This document shows positions 19,322-28,683 of a stretch of 64,000 bases of DNA, piece after piece (the stretch's first letter is position 1; the number at the start of each line of letters is the position of its first letter). A program made the translations under genes and the position numbers. Location of the stretch: positions 224,001 through 288,000 of the forward strand of contig CAVQJC010000006.1 in the NCBI GenBank assembly GCA_963712745.1, in the 5' to 3' direction. The notes under the pieces are model-generated. The model was not told the origin of the DNA. It saw nothing but the letters and a program-made list of their open reading frames with translations, and searched no databases. The DNA is from an uncultured Chloroflexia bacterium. GTDB taxonomy: Bacteria > Chloroflexota > Limnocylindria > Limnocylindrales > CSP1-4.

Positions 19322-20697
19322 CGCTTCTGGTGGTGGCCCCCGACTACGCGTCCCATGCCACTCCCCTGCTCACTCTCGCCGACTCCTGGAAGCAACGGGG
19401 CCGGCGAGTAGTAGTCGCCACCGGTCCGGCCATGGCGCCGCTGGTACGGGCGGCCGGCATGGAATACACCGAGCTCATCATGTCGCGCGGCTCCAACGCG
19501 GGGGTCATCCGCACCCAGCAGGCCCGCGATGAGGAGGCACGGTCACTCGGGGCATTCTTCGCAGCGACCCGCAAGGGCATGCTCCCGACGCTCACCTACC
19601 AGGCCGAGCAGCGCTCAGTCGACCTGCTCTGGCGACCACGGCAGGTAGCGCTCCGCACCATGCGCATCATCGAGGGCCATCGGCCCGATGCCGTCCTCGT
19701 CGACCACCTCGCGTTCGCCCCCACCATCGGCCTGCGCGCCCTGGACGTGCCGTATGGCGACGTGGTGCTGGGCCACCCCAGGGCTCTGCCGCTGGACGGG
19801 GAGCTGTATGGCGTGCCCTCCGCCTGGCCGCCCGTCCTCAACCCCGACGCGGTCGACCTGGAGCGACTGCGGGCCGCGGCACGCCGAGCTACCGAGGTCT
19901 TCACCGATGCCTACAACGAGACCCTCCACGAGCTCGCGCCTGGGGTCGGAGCCGTGCCTGACGCCTTCGCGGCGCACGGTGATCTCGTGCTCTACAACTA
20001 CCCCGCCGAGCTGCACGGACCGATCCGCTCAGCGCGCCTCCCACGACACGCCTTCCTCGGCAGCGCGGTGCGCACCGAGACGGCCGATCCCGGCGTCACG
20101 GCCTGGCTGGCGCGTCCCGACCGCCGGCCGCTGGTAGTCGTCACGTTCGGCACCTTCCTCTCCGCCCGCTCCGACGTCCTCGCGCGCGTGGCCGCCTCGT
20201 TGCGCCGGGTCGATGTCCGCGTGGCGATCGCTGTCGGGGCCAACGAACCGGCCGTCCTCGGCGATGTCCCGGACGATTGGCTGGTTCGCTCGAGCCTGCC
20301 CCAGGTGACGCTCCTTGGGCATGCCGACCTGCTCATCACCCACGGCGGCAACAACTCCGTGACCGAGGCCTTGACCTTCGGCGTGCCCATGCTCGTGCTG
20401 CCGTTCTCGACCGATCAGTTCGACGGTGCCGCAGCCGTGGAGCGCAGCCTTTCCGGCCTGGCGCTCGATCCCAACAGCGCGTCGCGCCCGCTCATCGCTG
20501 GAGCCGTGCGCGGCCTGCTCAAGAACCCACCCCCGCTGCCCGGCCAGCTGAGCAGACGCCTGCGAGCGAATCCAGGCCCGGAGGTCGCCCACGCCGCGAT
20601 GTCCTCACTCCCCGCCGTGCTATCCCCGCAACTCGCTCGCCAGCCAGAGCCTGAGTCTGTCCGGAATCTCCTGGCCACCGGCCACCCAGCAGCCTGA
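19318..20697 (+). CDS. GT1 (UDP-glycosyltransferase/MGT-like) glycosyltransferase
   Basis: VTFGTF, LPQVTLL, ITHGGNNSVTEAL, PFSTDQ. Confidence 0.85.
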   Translation: MTLLVVAPDYASHATPLLTLADSWKQRGRRVVVATGPAMAPLVRAAGMEYTELIMSRGSNAGVIRTQQARDEEARSLGAFFAATRKGMLPTLTYQAEQRSVDLLWRPRQVALRTMRIIEGHRPDAVLVDHLAFAPTIGLRALDVPYGDVVLGHPRALPLDGELYGVPSAWPPVLNPDAVDLERLRAAARRATEVFTDAYNETLHELAPGVGAVPDAFAAHGDLVLYNYPAELHGPIRSARLPRHAFLGSAVRTETADPGVTAWLARPDRRPLVVVTFGTFLSARSDVLARVAASLRRVDVRVAIAVGANEPAVLGDVPDDWLVRSSLPQVTLLGHADLLITHGGNNSVTEALTFGVPMLVLPFSTDQFDGAAAVERSLSGLALDPNSASRPLIAGAVRGLLKNPPPLPGQLSRRLRANPGPEVAHAAMSSLPAVLSPQLARQPEPESVRNLLATGHPAA

Positions 20698-20814
20698 CGA
20701 CACGCAGCTCCGTGCGGCGGGCCGACACGGCTCCTGCACCCGCCGTTGGGCCATGGAACGGCTGCAGCTGGTGCGGACAGCCACGAGGGCCCGGCCAAGG
20801 CCGATTGGCCGGGT

Positions 20815-21736
20815 GGTCCGCCCAGGGCAGTGGGAAAGTCCCCACTGGTGGCCATCAAGCAGTCCCCACCCTCGATCGATCCTGACCACCGGGTGAGGCC
20901 CCGGGGTCGCACAGTGGCGATGTCAAGCCACCACCAGCGACCCCGAGGCACACCCATCGTGAAGACTGCGAGGAAACGGTTAGACATCCTCACACATACC
21001 AGGAGCTGGGCTCGTACCGGGCCACGGCGGCGCTCTGCGGCACGACCCGCAAGACGGTCCGGCGGATCGTCGAGCGCCGCTCGAGACCGACGGTCGGGCG
21101 ACCATCGCACCCACGGAACACCGACCCGGTCGCAGAGCTCATCGCCAAGCGGGTCGAGGCCACCAGGGGCCGCATCAGCGCCAAGCGCCTGCTGCCCACC
21201 CAGCTGACACACATCGCCGAGCTCGAGCCTTCCCAGGGGTCCGGGCCGTGCGAGGCACTCTCGCGTGAGCACCTCACCCGGCTACGCCAGAGCGGGGACC
21301 GCGAGGCCATCCGCGTCCTGCTCTGGACTCGTGAGGGCGCAGTCCTGGGCCGGACCCGGGCCATCGCCCACGTCCACGGCCTCGTCGTCAACGCACCCGA
21401 GGGCTTTCGCAATCAGTTGCGAGAGCTCGGCACCGACGAGCTGCTCGAGCGCTGTGCTCGCCTACGCCCCGACCGGCCCAGTCGGCCGAGCGACGCTCGA
21501 TGATCGTGAGCCCGCACAAGACGTGCAGTGCCTGGGCCGAGATGATCTTCGGTGATCCGGTCGCGGTCGCGGCCATGATCGACCCGCTCGTCCACCACGC
21601 TGAGGTGATCGCCTTGAAGGGGAATCACCTCAGGCTGCGGGGCAAAGGAGAGGAGGTGCTGACCGGCTCCAAACAGCGCTGAGACTGTCCAGGTTCCAGC
21701 CGGCGACATCTGTTCAGGTCTGGGCCGGCGCTGACA
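20815..21736 (+). mobile_element. Composite IS remnant: IS21 istA 5' end, IS110-like transposase fragment, IS21 istB 3' end
   Basis: VKTARKRLDI...YQELGSYRATAALCGTT (istA N-term, GTG 20959); GDREAIRVLLWTREGAVLGRTRAI (IS110-like); AWAEMIFGDPVAVAAMIDPLVHHAEVIALKG (istB C-term); end repeats GTCCCCAC at left and GCCGGCG..TGACA at right. Confidence 0.75.
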
Positions 21737-21980
21737 GGCAAGCGGACTGCGGAGACGAGACGGACAACACGCCCCGAGTGAAGGCCATCGCGACCACGTC
21801 CACGTCGGGGCGGCGCAGCGGCGGCATCAAGCCACGTCTCCGCTACCCATCCCTCCCGAGCCCGTGGCTCGCCGGCCTGACGGCCACCGGTCGCGCGCCG
21901 CCATGTCGACGAGCAGGACAGCCCGCGTTGAGCTGGATGGCAAGGGGTCTTGGGTCACGTCGACGAAAGCAGTACCAAAC

Positions 21981-22012
21981 AGTCGGACCGGCCCCGAAGG
22001 ACCGGCCCGACT
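21981..22012 (-). terminator. Hairpin downstream of the fasciclin gene
   Basis: AGTCGGaCCGGcCC-cgaa-GGaCCGGcCCGACT inverted repeat. Confidence 0.55.
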
Positions 22013-22033
22013 GGCAGAGGGAGGGAGAATGGA

Positions 22034-22621
22034 CTAGGAGAAGGTGGGAACGAGGACGTCGTCCACTGCGTGGATGATGCCGTTGTTGGCCCAGATGTTC
22101 GCGCGCACGACACGCGACGTGCCCAGCGGATTGGCCGTCGCCAGGCGGAGCGTGAACCAGCTCCCCTTGAGCTTCGCGGTCTCACCAAGCGCCATCGGCA
22201 CATGGGTGGGGCTCAGCTTGACCGCTTCGCGATAGGTCACACGGCCCAGGTTGGCGGCAGGGTCGATGACGTGGTAGAGAAGGATCTTCTCGAGAGCATC
22301 GTCCACCTCGAGGACCGCGTCGAAGTCAAGCTCGCAGATGTTCCTGGCGGTGATCGGGGTGTCGATCAGAGCGCGGCCAAGCTTGCGGAATGCGCGATCG
22401 GTGGGGCCGAACAGGGTCAGCCTGAGGTCTTCGTTGGTGAGCGTGTCAGCCACGCTGGGCGTACACGCAGCGGCGGCATACAGCGTGTCGAAGTAGCTGA
22501 TGTGCTTGACACGTTGGGCGATGTTCTTGCCGCCTGACGTGTGGTGCGCGCTCGCCACCGGGGCGAAGGCGCTGAGAGCGAGGGTAGCCAGCAGGGCGCC
22601 GGCGATGAGCTTCTTGAACAT
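22034..22621 (-). CDS. Secreted fasciclin (FAS1) domain protein
   Basis: Signal peptide; TLFGPTDRAF (H1), ILLYHV, NGIIHAVDDVLVP (H2). Confidence 0.9.
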   Translation of the reverse strand: MFKKLIAGALLATLALSAFAPVASAHHTSGGKNIAQRVKHISYFDTLYAAAACTPSVADTLTNEDLRLTLFGPTDRAFRKLGRALIDTPITARNICELDFDAVLEVDDALEKILLYHVIDPAANLGRVTYREAVKLSPTHVPMALGETAKLKGSWFTLRLATANPLGTSRVVRANIWANNGIIHAVDDVLVPTFS

Positions 22622-22680
22622 GCGCGATGCCTCCTCGTTTGACTTCGGTATCGATGTTGTCTAGTGAACTGAGGTGGACA

Positions 22681-22725
22681 TCCCCTGCGAGGCCCGGCAG
22701 GGGGAGACCGGGCCTCGACAGGGGA
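22681..22725 (-). other. Intergenic stem-loop between DUF4397 and fasciclin genes
   Basis: TCCCCTG-CGAGGCCCGG ... CCGGGCCTCG-a-CAGGGGA. Confidence 0.55.
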
Positions 22726-22737
22726 GTGCGGGGAGTG

Positions 22738-24039
22738 CTAGTTGACGGATGCCTCTTCGACGAGGATCACGTCGAACGAGTCGGGGAACTGGCCGATAGC
22801 GATGGCGCTGTAGGCCTTGCCGTCTTCGAGGGTGAGGGCCGGGATGTCGAAGGCGGTGGCCTTCTTGCCGGTGGGGCGGATCTCGAGGTCGACCTCGCCT
22901 GCGGGCACGTCGAGGTAGCCCTTGGCCTTGCCGAACTTGAGCTTCGTGACGATGGCCTTCTTCTTGGCCGCACCGTCGGGCGCGATGTCCACCGTGGGCG
23001 CGTTGGCGCTCAGGTGCACGACGCGGACCTTGGCGCCCTCGGCCTCGGGGGTCACCTTCTTGTCGTTGAGCACGACAGGAGTGATGTTGGCGAGGTCGTT
23101 GGTAGCCGCGACGGTGGTCAGCGTGCCGCCGTCAAACGTTAGCTCGGCGTCGATGACGACGGGTCCCTCGTCGAGCGAGAAGCCGGTCGGGACGACCTGG
23201 ATCCGGTAGCTGCCGGCGGGCACGTACAGGTACTCAGAGAGCGCGCCGAAAGGCACGTCAGTGAGGATTGCGCCACCATTAGCATAGACATCAACGTTGG
23301 GCGCGTCGGCGCTGAAGTGACCCACACGCACGCCGGCGAGCGAGTCGTCGACCGCGGGCAGAACGGTGAAGCTGGCATCACCGAGGCTGCCGATGGCGAA
23401 GACGGTGTAGCTCACGCCGCTGTCGACGGTCACCTCGGGGATGTCGAACGCGACTTCGGTGGTGCCGGCAGCGCGGATCTCGAGGTCATAAGGGCCAGCC
23501 GGGAGATCGAGGTACTCGGTCTTGTCGGGGTACTCGAGGTCCTGGATGAGCGCGTCGCCGCCATCAGGAGCGATGTCGACCGCGGGAGCGTCGAAGCTCA
23601 GGTGCGCGACGCGGACCTGCGCGTTCTCGGGGCTGGGCGCTGGGTCGTCGACGATGACCTGCGGGATGATGCCTGCCTCGCCGGCGAGGGTGCCGGTGGC
23701 AGCTACCGTGGTCTTGGTGCCGGCCTCGAAGGTCAGGGGAGCGTCGATGACGATAGGACCCTGCTCCAGAGTGGCACCGCTGGGCACGACCTGGATCTGG
23801 TAGGTGTTGGCCGGGACTTCGAGATAGGGGGTGATGTTCGCGAAGGCCAGGCCCTCGCTGATGAGTCCGCCGTCGGCGTAGATGTCGACAGCGGGCGCAT
23901 CGCCGGCGCCGTGCAGGACGCGGACCATGGCATTCTCATCCTGAGCGCCGACCGCGGTGGGGATGGCGAGCGCGGCGGTCAGCGCGGCAGCGGTGCCGAG
24001 CAGACCGAATTTGCGGCCACGGGAGAGCTGGGAGTTCAT
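22738..24039 (-). CDS. Secreted protein with tandem DUF4397 domains
   Basis: Signal peptide; four repeats of the VRVxHxSxDAPxVD motif. Confidence 0.85.
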   Translation of the reverse strand: MNSQLSRGRKFGLLGTAAALTAALAIPTAVGAQDENAMVRVLHGAGDAPAVDIYADGGLISEGLAFANITPYLEVPANTYQIQVVPSGATLEQGPIVIDAPLTFEAGTKTTVAATGTLAGEAGIIPQVIVDDPAPSPENAQVRVAHLSFDAPAVDIAPDGGDALIQDLEYPDKTEYLDLPAGPYDLEIRAAGTTEVAFDIPEVTVDSGVSYTVFAIGSLGDASFTVLPAVDDSLAGVRVGHFSADAPNVDVYANGGAILTDVPFGALSEYLYVPAGSYRIQVVPTGFSLDEGPVVIDAELTFDGGTLTTVAATNDLANITPVVLNDKKVTPEAEGAKVRVVHLSANAPTVDIAPDGAAKKKAIVTKLKFGKAKGYLDVPAGEVDLEIRPTGKKATAFDIPALTLEDGKAYSAIAIGQFPDSFDVILVEEASVN

Positions 24040-24134
24040 TGTCGAAGAGGATCCTTTCAGGGAGGTGTGGGCTGACGGCGCGGGTAGTAGGTGGGTCAGG
24101 GAGGCGCCGCCAGCCCGTAGAGAGTCGGAGGGGA

Positions 24135-24893
24135 CTACTCCTCGTCGTCCATGTCCTCGTCGGCCATGTCCTCGTCGGCCATGTCCTCGGCGGCCATGTC
24201 TTCGGCGCTGGCGTCGAGGGCCGGGATCACCGTGAAGGTGCCCTCCTCGAAGGAGCCGATGGCGTAGGCGGAGTAGCTGTTGCCGGCCGCCAGGTCGAGC
24301 GTCGGGATGGTGAAGACAGCGTCAGGGCTGCCGGCGCCGCGGATCTCGAGATCGATCGCGCCAGCCGGGAGGCTGAGGTAAGCGGAGGTCGCGCCGAAGG
24401 GCACGTCGGTCAGGACGGGGTCACCACCAACTGGGGCGATGTCCACGGCCGGAGCGTCGAAGCTGAAGTGCGAAGCGCGGAGCTGCGTGCCGTCAGCGGT
24501 GGGCTCGGGCGTGTCGACCACGACCTGCGGGATGATGCCTGCCTCGCCGGCGAGGGTGCCGGTGGCAGCGACGGTGGTCATGGTGCCCTCACCGAACTCA
24601 AGCTCGGCCTCGATCACGACGGGGCCTTCCTCGATGGTGGCGCCGTCGGGCACGACCTGGATGAGGTAGGTGCCGGCCGGGACCGTAGCGTAGTCGGTGA
24701 TGTTGGCGAACTCGAGGGCGTCGATGAGCTCCTCGCCGTTGGCGTAGACATCGACGGCTGGGGCATCGCCCACGCCGTGGAGGACGCGGACCTTGGCACC
24801 TTCGTGGTTGTCAGCAGCGGCGAAAGCGGGGATGGCCATGACCGCGGCGAGGGCGGCGGCGGCGCTGACGAGCTGGATCTTGTTCTTGCGCAT
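24135..24893 (-). CDS. Secreted DUF4397 protein with acidic EDM-repeat tail
   Basis: Signal peptide; VRVLHGVGDAPAVDV, LRASHFSFDAPAVDI; tail AEDMAAEDMADEDMADEDMDDEE. Confidence 0.85.
   Translation of the reverse strand: MRKNKIQLVSAAAALAAVMAIPAFAAADNHEGAKVRVLHGVGDAPAVDVYANGEELIDALEFANITDYATVPAGTYLIQVVPDGATIEEGPVVIEAELEFGEGTMTTVAATGTLAGEAGIIPQVVVDTPEPTADGTQLRASHFSFDAPAVDIAPVGGDPVLTDVPFGATSAYLSLPAGAIDLEIRGAGSPDAVFTIPTLDLAAGNSYSAYAIGSFEEGTFTVIPALDASAEDMAAEDMADEDMADEDMDDEE
24140..24205. repeat. 15-bp tandem repeat (~4 copies, CCATGTCCTCGTCGG)
   Basis: Directly visible; encodes the (D/A)EDMA pentapeptide. Confidence 0.85.
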
Positions 24894-25061
24894 TTCGGTC
24901 GGTTCCTTTCGGGGGATCGGTACTAAGGGATCGGGGTGGCGAGTCTTTTCCTCACCGTTCGGTGTCGGGAGAGGCGCTCTACGCCTCGTTGTGTGGGCCC
25001 CTCAGGGGGACCACCGCTTGGTCATGTATCGGACCTCCTCGCTGTCTGCTGTCGTTGCGCT

Positions 25062-25168
25062 TGTTGAGTGTTTGTTCAACCGTTGCTGCGCAGAATACAG
25101 GTGTGTTCAAGGCTTGTCAAGAGTTTGTTTTTTCGGGCAGAGGTGATATCGTCGACAAAGCATGTACA
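25062..25168. promoter_or_regulatory. CarH-type operator repeats overlapping divergent promoters
   Basis: TGTTGA 25062 / TGTTCA 25073; TGTTCA 25104 / TGTCAA 25115 / TGTTTT 25126; TCGACA 25152 / TGTACA 25163; minus-strand TTGACA(25120-25115)-17 bp-TATTCT. Confidence 0.7.
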
Positions 25169-26121
25169 GCATCAAGCAGGCTTCGATCCGCTCCGGCGTC
25201 AGCGTTCCCCTCATCCGCGCATGGGAGCGCCGCTACGGCGTGGTCAGTCCCCAGCGCACGCCCTCGGGCTATCGCCTCTATGACGATGAAGCCATCGCCA
25301 CGCTCACGCGCGTCCGCGAGCTGACCGAGGAGGGCTGGACGGCCAGCGAAGCCAGCCGCGCGGTCCTGGCCGGAGAGGTCCCGGTCACTACGATCCCGTC
25401 ACAGCCGCCCGTTCCGCTGAGCGACGAAGCCGCGCACGCACGGCAAGCCGACCTCGTCGATCGCTTCGTGAACGGCGCCGCGGCCGTGGATATCGCTGCG
25501 ACCGGAGCTGCGCTCGATGAGATGTTCGCGCAGGGCTCGTTCGAGTCGATCGTCGACGACCTGCTGATGCCCGCTCTCACCGCGCTCGGCGTGGCCTGGA
25601 GCGAAGGACGGGTGGATGTGGCCGGCGAGCATGCCGCGAGCGCAGCGGTCCATCGCCGACTGGCAGCCTTGTACGAGGCAGCCGCCTCGGTGGGTGATCC
25701 CCGGGTCGTGGTCGGCCTTCCTCCCGGTTCCCGCCACGAGCTGGGGGCGCTGGCCTTCGCCGTCGCCCTGCGTCGCAAGGGGGTCGGCGTGCTCTACCTC
25801 GGGCCGGACGTACCCGTCGCCAGCTGGGTCCACGTGATCGAGCGGAACCGTGCGCGGGTGGCCATCATGTCCGTGGTCCAGGATGCCGACCGGGCGCCGG
25901 CACTCGACGTAGCCGAAGCCCTCCAGGCCATCGGCCACAAGCCCGTCCTCGCGCTGGGCGGGAAGAGCGCCCGCTGGGCGGGTTCGGAGGAAGTCGGTAT
26001 CGTGGTGCTCCCCGACCGCATCAACGAGGCCGCCGTCGTCGCAGCCAGACTGGCCGCGGGGACCCTCCCAGCCAGTAGTCAAGGGAGACAGGGACATGAC
26101 CCGAAGCTCGAACCTCAGTAG
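25162..26121 (+). CDS. CarH/LitR-type MerR regulator with cobalamin-binding domain
   Basis: MerR HTH (IRAWERRYGVVSPQRTPSGYRLY), W-x9-EH (WSEGRVDVAGEH), RHELG...YLGPDVP B12 motif. Confidence 0.9.
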   Translation: MYSIKQASIRSGVSVPLIRAWERRYGVVSPQRTPSGYRLYDDEAIATLTRVRELTEEGWTASEASRAVLAGEVPVTTIPSQPPVPLSDEAAHARQADLVDRFVNGAAAVDIAATGAALDEMFAQGSFESIVDDLLMPALTALGVAWSEGRVDVAGEHAASAAVHRRLAALYEAAASVGDPRVVVGLPPGSRHELGALAFAVALRRKGVGVLYLGPDVPVASWVHVIERNRARVAIMSVVQDADRAPALDVAEALQAIGHKPVLALGGKSARWAGSEEVGIVVLPDRINEAAVVAARLAAGTLPASSQGRQGHDPKLEPQ

Positions 26122-26124
26122 CCC

Positions 26125-26892
26125 GTGGGCCTGAAGCTCACCGTCCTGGGCGCATCGGCGGCGTGGTCTGAACGACCGGGCCGGCCGTCCTCCTGCTACA
26201 TGGTCGAGATCGGCGATGAGGCCATCCTGCTGGACCTGGGGCAGGGCTCGCTGGGCTCGCTCTTCCCGCACCGAGACCCCTCGACCATCCGGGCTGTCAT
26301 CGTCAGCCACATGCACGGCGACCATCACGTCGACCTCATCCCGCTGCGCAACCTGCTCTACTACCACTACGGGGAGCCGCGCCCCATCGACCTCCATCTA
26401 CCTGCAGGCTTGCGCCGGCGCTATGACGCGTTCATGGGCGAGGACGGCTTCCTCGACTTCATGGAGGGTGCCGATGTCAGCGAGGGCACCCTTGAGGTCG
26501 GCCCCTTCCTGGTGGAGGCCCAGCCCGTCACTCATTCGGAGAACAGCCATGCCTTCCGCGTGACCGACGGAGCCAGGCCCGATGAAGCCGGCCTGGTCTA
26601 CAGCGGCGACTGCGGCCGGGCGGATGACCTGCTGCCGCTCATCCGCGCCGGGGACACGCTGTTGTGCGAGGCCTTCTGGTCGACCCGGGAGCCGGTTCCC
26701 AGCGCCAATCACCTCAGCGCAGTGCAGGCAGCTGACGTCGCCCGACGAGGAGGAGCCAGTCACTTGATCCTGACCCACGTCCTCGAGTCCTACGATCCGC
26801 AGGCCGCCCTCCGAGTTGCCCGCGAGGTCTTCCCGGGGACGGTCCAGCTGGCTGAGCCGGAGATGGTCGTGACCATCGGGACGCTCTCGTGA
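26125..26892 (+). CDS. MBL-fold metallo-hydrolase (RNase Z-like)
   Basis: SHMHGDHH, YSGD, LLCEA, HLS, LTH. Confidence 0.9.
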   Translation: MGLKLTVLGASAAWSERPGRPSSCYMVEIGDEAILLDLGQGSLGSLFPHRDPSTIRAVIVSHMHGDHHVDLIPLRNLLYYHYGEPRPIDLHLPAGLRRRYDAFMGEDGFLDFMEGADVSEGTLEVGPFLVEAQPVTHSENSHAFRVTDGARPDEAGLVYSGDCGRADDLLPLIRAGDTLLCEAFWSTREPVPSANHLSAVQAADVARRGGASHLILTHVLESYDPQAALRVAREVFPGTVQLAEPEMVVTIGTLS

Positions 26893-28577
26893 GCACGGAG
26901 CCGGCAGCCGTCCTATCGGTCCGGTCCCGCGTCCGCGAGCTGGTCATAGATGCCTGGGCGCAGGCCACGGAGTCCGGTGCATTGCCGGCGGTCACAGACG
27001 ACGAACGTCCCGAGGTGGAGGTCGAGCGGCCGGGCAACCCCGACCACGGCGATCTCGCCACCAACCTGGCCATGAAGCTGGCACGGCCCATGCGGCGCTC
27101 GCCGCTACAGATCGCGGAATCGCTGGCAGCGGCCATGCCGTCGGGCTCGGCCGGGGTCGCCGTCAGCGAGGTGCAGGTCGCACCCCCGGGCTTCCTCAAC
27201 ATGCGCCTGTCGGCCAGCTGGCTCGAGGGCGTGCTGGATGAGGCCCGAGCGGCGGGCGACCGGTTCGGCCGCGTACGCCAGGAGCTCCCCCTCAGTTTCA
27301 ACGTCGAGTTCGTCTCGGCCAACCCCACCGGACCGCTGCACGTGGGCAATGCCCGCGGCGCCTTCGTCGGCGACCTCCTGTGCCGCGTCCTGGAAGGTGC
27401 CGGCCACCGCGTCACGCGCGAGTACTACTTCAATGACTCGGGCGCCCAGATCCGGAACCTCGGCTCATCGGTCATCGCGCGCAAGACCGGCGCAGATCTA
27501 CCCGAGGACGGCTACTACGGTGCCTACGTCGACGACCTTGCGGCAGAACTGCCAGAGCCCGTGTGGACCGCCGCGAACGAGCCCGGAGCCGACCGCGACG
27601 GCATCGTCAGCGATTGGGCCCAGGAACGCGTGCGGGCGGGCATCGAGGCCAGCCTCGAGCGACTCGGGGTCCACTTCGATGTGTGGAAGAGTGAGACGAG
27701 CCTGCACACGGATGGCTGGGTCGCACGCTCGGTCGAGCAACTGCGGGAAAGGGGCCACATCTACGAGGAGGATGGCGCCACCTGGTTCCGCTCCACAGCC
27801 TTCGGTGACGACAAGGACCGCGTGGTGTACCGCTCGGGGGGGCAGCCGACCTACTTCGCCTCCGACATCGGCTATGTGACCGAGAAGTTCAGCCGTGGCT
27901 TCGACAAGCTCATCTACATCTGGGGCGCCGATCACCACGGCACCGTTGCCCGCGTGCGCAACGCGGCGGAGGCGATGGGCTTGGACAAGGAGGCCGTGGA
28001 GATGCGGCTCGTGGCCTGGGTCCGGTTCGTCCGCGATGGCCAGGAGATCCCCATGAGCAAGCGCACGGGCGAGTTCCTCACGCTCGACGAACTGCTCGAG
28101 GAGCTGGGCGTGGACGCGGCGCGCTGGTCCTTCGCCTCGCGCGCTGCCAGCTCGCCCATCGACGTCGACCTGGAGTTGGCCAAGAAACAATCGGCGGAGA
28201 ACCCGGTCTACTACGTGCAGTACGCGCATGCCCGCATCAGCTCCATCCTGGCCAAGGCGGCGAGCGCGGGCATCACACCTGCGACCGGCTTCGGTGGCGT
28301 GCTCGAGGGCGACCCGGTCGCCACCGGCCTGGCGCGAGAGGCGCTTCGTCTGCCGGAGGTAGTCGAGGACGCGGCCACCTCTGAGGAGACCCACGGGGTG
28401 ACTGCCTACGCCATGGAGCTCGCGACCACCTTCCACGCCTTCTACCGTGACCGTCGTGTCGTCGACCCCGACGATCTCACGACCTCGGCCGGACGGCTCG
28501 CGCTCGTGAGCGTGACACGCGCTGCCATCCGCAATGCGCTCGCCCTCCTGGGCATCTCCGCGCCCGACTCGATGTAG
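26889..28577 (+). CDS. argS: Arginine--tRNA ligase
   Basis: VEFVSANPTGPLHVGN, WGADHHG, MSKRTG, NPVYYVQYAHAR. Confidence 0.97.
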   Translation: MSTEPAAVLSVRSRVRELVIDAWAQATESGALPAVTDDERPEVEVERPGNPDHGDLATNLAMKLARPMRRSPLQIAESLAAAMPSGSAGVAVSEVQVAPPGFLNMRLSASWLEGVLDEARAAGDRFGRVRQELPLSFNVEFVSANPTGPLHVGNARGAFVGDLLCRVLEGAGHRVTREYYFNDSGAQIRNLGSSVIARKTGADLPEDGYYGAYVDDLAAELPEPVWTAANEPGADRDGIVSDWAQERVRAGIEASLERLGVHFDVWKSETSLHTDGWVARSVEQLRERGHIYEEDGATWFRSTAFGDDKDRVVYRSGGQPTYFASDIGYVTEKFSRGFDKLIYIWGADHHGTVARVRNAAEAMGLDKEAVEMRLVAWVRFVRDGQEIPMSKRTGEFLTLDELLEELGVDAARWSFASRAASSPIDVDLELAKKQSAENPVYYVQYAHARISSILAKAASAGITPATGFGGVLEGDPVATGLAREALRLPEVVEDAATSEETHGVTAYAMELATTFHAFYRDRRVVDPDDLTTSAGRLALVSVTRAAIRNALALLGISAPDSM

Positions 28578-28627
28578 GCGCAGCGGAGCGGAACACCCCT
28601 TCGACTCGCAGCGCCGGCCGGTCATGA

Positions 28628-28656
28628 CGAAGGCCGGGCTCCGGGCCCGGCCTTCG
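28628..28656. terminator. Hairpin between convergent genes
   Basis: CGAAGGCCGGGC-tccgg-GCCCGGCCTTCG perfect 12-bp stem. Confidence 0.7.
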
Positions 28657-28683
28657 AGTCTGTGACGGTGGAGACGCGAGCCG

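Noticed and set aside
22645-22680. Fourth CarH operator upstream of the fasciclin gene (TGTCTA...TGGACA)
   Set aside because: Hexamers are not at 11-bp period or in the same orientation.
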